From positions 1 to 28,050 of the IMG/VR virus record IMGVR_UViG_3300042377_000611: a stretch of 28,050 nucleotides of DNA. One strand, 5' to 3'. Positions 24,838 through 28,050 of the stretch are shown here, piece after piece (the first letter of the stretch is position 1; the number at the start of each line of letters is the position of its first letter). The translations under genes and the position numbers were made by a program. Source of the stretch: a virus. Lineage: Duplodnaviria > Caudoviricetes. A model generated the notes under the pieces. The model worked only from the letters and a program-made list of their open reading frames with translations, was not told the origin of the DNA and did no database searches.

Positions 24838-27800
24838 ATGAATAGAGTAGAAATTATAGTTGTAATAAACAACATCGCGCCGGTTGTAAGAAGATTGGCA
24901 GGCACAGGAAATCCAATAAACGCCGTTATTGTTGGTCAGAATAATGGTAGATACGCAGTTAATACTAACGCACCTGAAATACCAGAGAATGTATATAGAT
25001 TTCCTCAACAGCAGTTAATGGCTGTTGATGCAGCAGGCTTACCTGGTGTCGGTGCTCCTGGTGCGACCGCTGGATTCACACCCCTATTACCTTATGTTCC
25101 AATTCCACCAGTAGTAAATAACTTTACTGGTAGATATTCATTAGATCTTTTTCCTGATGGTGATACACAAATACCAACAACATATCAATTATCAGATGTG
25201 ACCGATATATCAACGGTGAATAGTTCATTTACAAAAACTATATCACTACCTGGATCAAAAAGAAATCAAGAAGCGTTCGGTTTTATATCCGACCTTTCTG
25301 CTGATTCAACTTTTAATCCAAATAAAAGATGTAGAGTTTATGTTGAAGCGGATTCAGTTGTTGTTTTAGATGGTTGGATTCAATTAACAAAAGTAGTTAA
25401 GAATGAATTAAAACAATTAGATAAGTTTGAATGCACAATCTATGCTGACAACGCAAACCTTTGGACTTCTATTGGTGAAGCAACATTAGAGCAGATTGAT
25501 TTAAGTGAATTAAATCACAATAGAGATTTAGAAAACATAGTTGCTTCTTGGGGTTCAAGCACATCTGATGGTGGTTATTATTATCCGCTCATAGATTATG
25601 GTGGATGGGGAACGGCTCAGCATTTAGTATTTGGTGCTGATGGAACTGCCTTTTACGCAACAGGTGATTGGACGCTTAAAGATTTAGGTGGTTCAACAGG
25701 CTCGCACTTTATCACACCAGAGATGATGTATCCTTCTGTTTATGCAAAAACAATATGGGATAAGGTATTTCAAAACATAGGCTATCAATATAAATCTAAC
25801 TTCTTAAATTCATCATACTTTAAGAATTTAATTATACCTTTCAATAGAAGTATTCTTCGCAGGGCTCCTTCTTGGGAAACAAATAAAACATTCACTATTG
25901 GATTAGGTGTTGTGAATAATGGTAAGTCAGCAACTATGTCTTATGGAACTCAAAGTAATAATTTTTATTTACAATTAGCACCTGGAACAACAACACCAAG
26001 ATTTGGTGCAGAGTTTTATGGTGGAATTCCTGGTATAGGTAATTTAAGTGCAACTTCTGCGCCAGGAAGTGGTGCGAATAATTATGTGTCCGCTGGTATA
26101 AGAATTAGATTTGCTGATACTGGTGTTCTTTATCCATATCAAAACTCATTCTCATCAGATCCAGGTCATGTTTTTAATCCTAATTCATCTTCATACTCAC
26201 CATACAACAGATATAATACTGGTGTTTTTTCGGCAACTGCTAATGATGGTTGGAATGGTAGAATGAAAATAAGATTTGGTGTTTATTATAAGATATGGAT
26301 GTTTGGTGATAGTTTGCAGAACAATGCGCACGGTGGATATGGTGAAGTATCTGTTAGAAGAACAAGAAATATAAATGGTGCAACATTCACGCCTGTTCCT
26401 TTTAGTAGTCAAGGATATAATTTTATGGGTTATTATTCGGATGTTTATAATGGAACTGGTAAAGCGATTGGTGCTCCCTCAAATTCTTGGCAGGCAATAT
26501 ACTCTTGGTCTGACTTTACAGGATTAATTCCGAATGTTAATAATGAAGTAAAACCTATAAGATTTCCTTATGTTCCAGAAGCAAATGGATTTGCCATAAA
26601 CAACACTGGCATACCTTTAAACATACCTGGATATGGTGATCAGAAAGTGTATAACTCAGGTCAATCAGGAGTTGATCCAGACAGCGGATTAACAGGTAGA
26701 TTATATGAAGGTGAATTTTATACCGCTTGGTTAAATGGTTCAAACGCGAACCAATATCCAACTTGGCAAGGTGAAGATTTTTATTTAGAATATAAAGCGG
26801 GTGTTAATAATTACAATCCAGCAGGATATGCTGGTATGACGCTTTCTAAAATTGATGGAAAAACTGCAATGTGGATTGAATTTATGCCTGATTTAGGACC
26901 AGGTGAAACCGTTGATATGAACCAGTTTTTACCAGCGAGTATTAAGCAAAGAGATTATATGATGTCCTTAATAAAGATGTTTAATCTAACTATTGAGCCT
27001 GATAAGCAGGTTCCGAATATGATGAATATAGAACCAAGAGATGATTATTATGCTGCTGGTTCTGTAAGAGATTGGACTTCTAAATTAGATAGGAATGAAG
27101 ATGTTGAAATACAAATTTTAGGTGATATACAAAATAAAACAACCATATTTAAGTATAAAGATGATAAAGATTACTATAATGAAGATTACAAATCAAGACA
27201 TGAATCAACTTATGGTGAATTCAAGTTTGAATTAGATAATGATTTTATTGAAGGTGAAAAGAAAGTTGAAGTCGCTTTCTCTCCATCACCTATGGTTAAT
27301 GTTGTTGGGTCAAGAGGATTTGTAATGCCGAAAATAGTAAAAGCGTCTAATGGCGTTTTTAATAAAACAGATTCTAATATAAGAATTTTAAGAAAAACAA
27401 CATCTGGAACCGTAAGTAATATATTTGGTGAGGTATGGAGATTTGGAACAACTTCTTCAACCGCTGCGACCTATTCATATTATCCATATGCTGGACACTT
27501 TGATAATCCTTATGTTCCAACTGATGATATTAACTTCGGTCAAACAATTGATTTATATTATCCTGATCAAACAAGAGCAACAAATCAAAATCTATACACA
27601 AAGTATTACTATAAACAAATGAATGAGTATTCTGATAAGGACAGCAGATTACTTACAGGTTCATTTTATTTAAATCCAAAGGATATTTATGATTTTAAAT
27701 TTAATGATAATATAATTATAGATAATCAGTATTATAGGGTTGTTAAGATTGATGGATATGATCCAACACAAAGATCAACAAGTAAGGTGACACTTATAAA

Positions 27801-28050
27801 GGCGTTAGATATAACGGTTCCAAGAGCAAGATCAACAAAGGTTAATATATCAACACCAACAGGTGGATTGATTACAGCGATTGGTGCGAGTAGAAATACT
27901 ATTATGTCGCAGGGTTCAGCAGCATTTGGTATAGGAAATGCCATACCAGGAAATTCTGATGGAACGCTTATAGTTGGTAATGGAAATAGATTAGATGGTG
28001 ATAATCCAGGAACTTTTATATCAGGTAATTCTAATTTAGTCAGTGAAGGC
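24838..28050 (+). CDS. Large tail tip/hub-like protein (>1070 aa, truncated by window end; not in the ORF track)
   Basis: ATG at 24838 (MNRVEIIVV...LDLFPD...SSFTKTISLPGS...YYPLIDYG...LIKMFNL...IEPRDDYY...DWT.KLD); the frame is still open at 28050. Confidence 0.8.
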   Translation, partial: MNRVEIIVVINNIAPVVRRLAGTGNPINAVIVGQNNGRYAVNTNAPEIPENVYRFPQQQLMAVDAAGLPGVGAPGATAGFTPLLPYVPIPPVVNNFTGRYSLDLFPDGDTQIPTTYQLSDVTDISTVNSSFTKTISLPGSKRNQEAFGFISDLSADSTFNPNKRCRVYVEADSVVVLDGWIQLTKVVKNELKQLDKFECTIYADNANLWTSIGEATLEQIDLSELNHNRDLENIVASWGSSTSDGGYYYPLIDYGGWGTAQHLVFGADGTAFYATGDWTLKDLGGSTGSHFITPEMMYPSVYAKTIWDKVFQNIGYQYKSNFLNSSYFKNLIIPFNRSILRRAPSWETNKTFTIGLGVVNNGKSATMSYGTQSNNFYLQLAPGTTTPRFGAEFYGGIPGIGNLSATSAPGSGANNYVSAGIRIRFADTGVLYPYQNSFSSDPGHVFNPNSSSYSPYNRYNTGVFSATANDGWNGRMKIRFGVYYKIWMFGDSLQNNAHGGYGEVSVRRTRNINGATFTPVPFSSQGYNFMGYYSDVYNGTGKAIGAPSNSWQAIYSWSDFTGLIPNVNNEVKPIRFPYVPEANGFAINNTGIPLNIPGYGDQKVYNSGQSGVDPDSGLTGRLYEGEFYTAWLNGSNANQYPTWQGEDFYLEYKAGVNNYNPAGYAGMTLSKIDGKTAMWIEFMPDLGPGETVDMNQFLPASIKQRDYMMSLIKMFNLTIEPDKQVPNMMNIEPRDDYYAAGSVRDWTSKLDRNEDVEIQILGDIQNKTTIFKYKDDKDYYNEDYKSRHESTYGEFKFELDNDFIEGEKKVEVAFSPSPMVNVVGSRGFVMPKIVKASNGVFNKTDSNIRILRKTTSGTVSNIFGEVWRFGTTSSTAATYSYYPYAGHFDNPYVPTDDINFGQTIDLYYPDQTRATNQNLYTKYYYKQMNEYSDKDSRLLTGSFYLNPKDIYDFKFNDNIIIDNQYYRVVKIDGYDPTQRSTSKVTLIKALDITVPRARSTKVNISTPTGGLITAIGASRNTIMSQGSAAFGIGNAIPGNSDGTLIVGNGNRLDGDNPGTFISGNSNLVSEG

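Noticed and set aside
24799-27944. Short track ORFs implying a gene-poor right end
   Set aside because: The region is covered by the long plus-strand ORF from 24838 that has no stop in the window.
1-28050. Stop-codon reassignment
   Set aside because: Genes are long and dense in the standard code, and TAA, TAG and TGA all end genes.

Overview
AT-rich segment of a tailed dsDNA phage, most likely a siphovirus-type phage of a Bacteroidota host. The host inference rests on Bacteroidota-type TTTG-N20-TAnnTTT[GA] promoters and A-rich translation starts without Shine-Dalgarno motifs. Order: head and neck module (capsid C-terminus, tail-tube-like protein, portal, head-tail adaptor, holin-like gene; 1-4024); a divergently transcribed early/accessory region (4021-9395); a regulatory cluster with two sigma70-like genes and a GIY-YIG nuclease (9502-12859); terminase small and large subunits; a tail chaperone with a -1 frameshift; a fibre/receptor-binding module (Gly-Ser collagen-like, Kelch and BspA-type LRR proteins); and tail proteins, including a >1070 aa ORF that runs off the right edge and is missing from the ORF track. 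Best leads: (1) an ORF-free, apparently multi-domain structured RNA of about 430 nt at 4758-5189; (2) a gapless mirror-symmetric control region of about 200 bp centred on 6951, with two 19-bp palindromic operators and leaderless divergent genes; (3) six promoter-headed gene cassettes, two sharing an exact 76-bp repeat; (4) near-total absence of WCGW tetramers, and AGCT sites confined to the fibre module and the adjacent tail gene; (5) an R-x-x-K-[IL]-x-x-[IL] peptide tag shared by unrelated small proteins. All product calls come from motif recognition by eye; no searches or folding programs were run.
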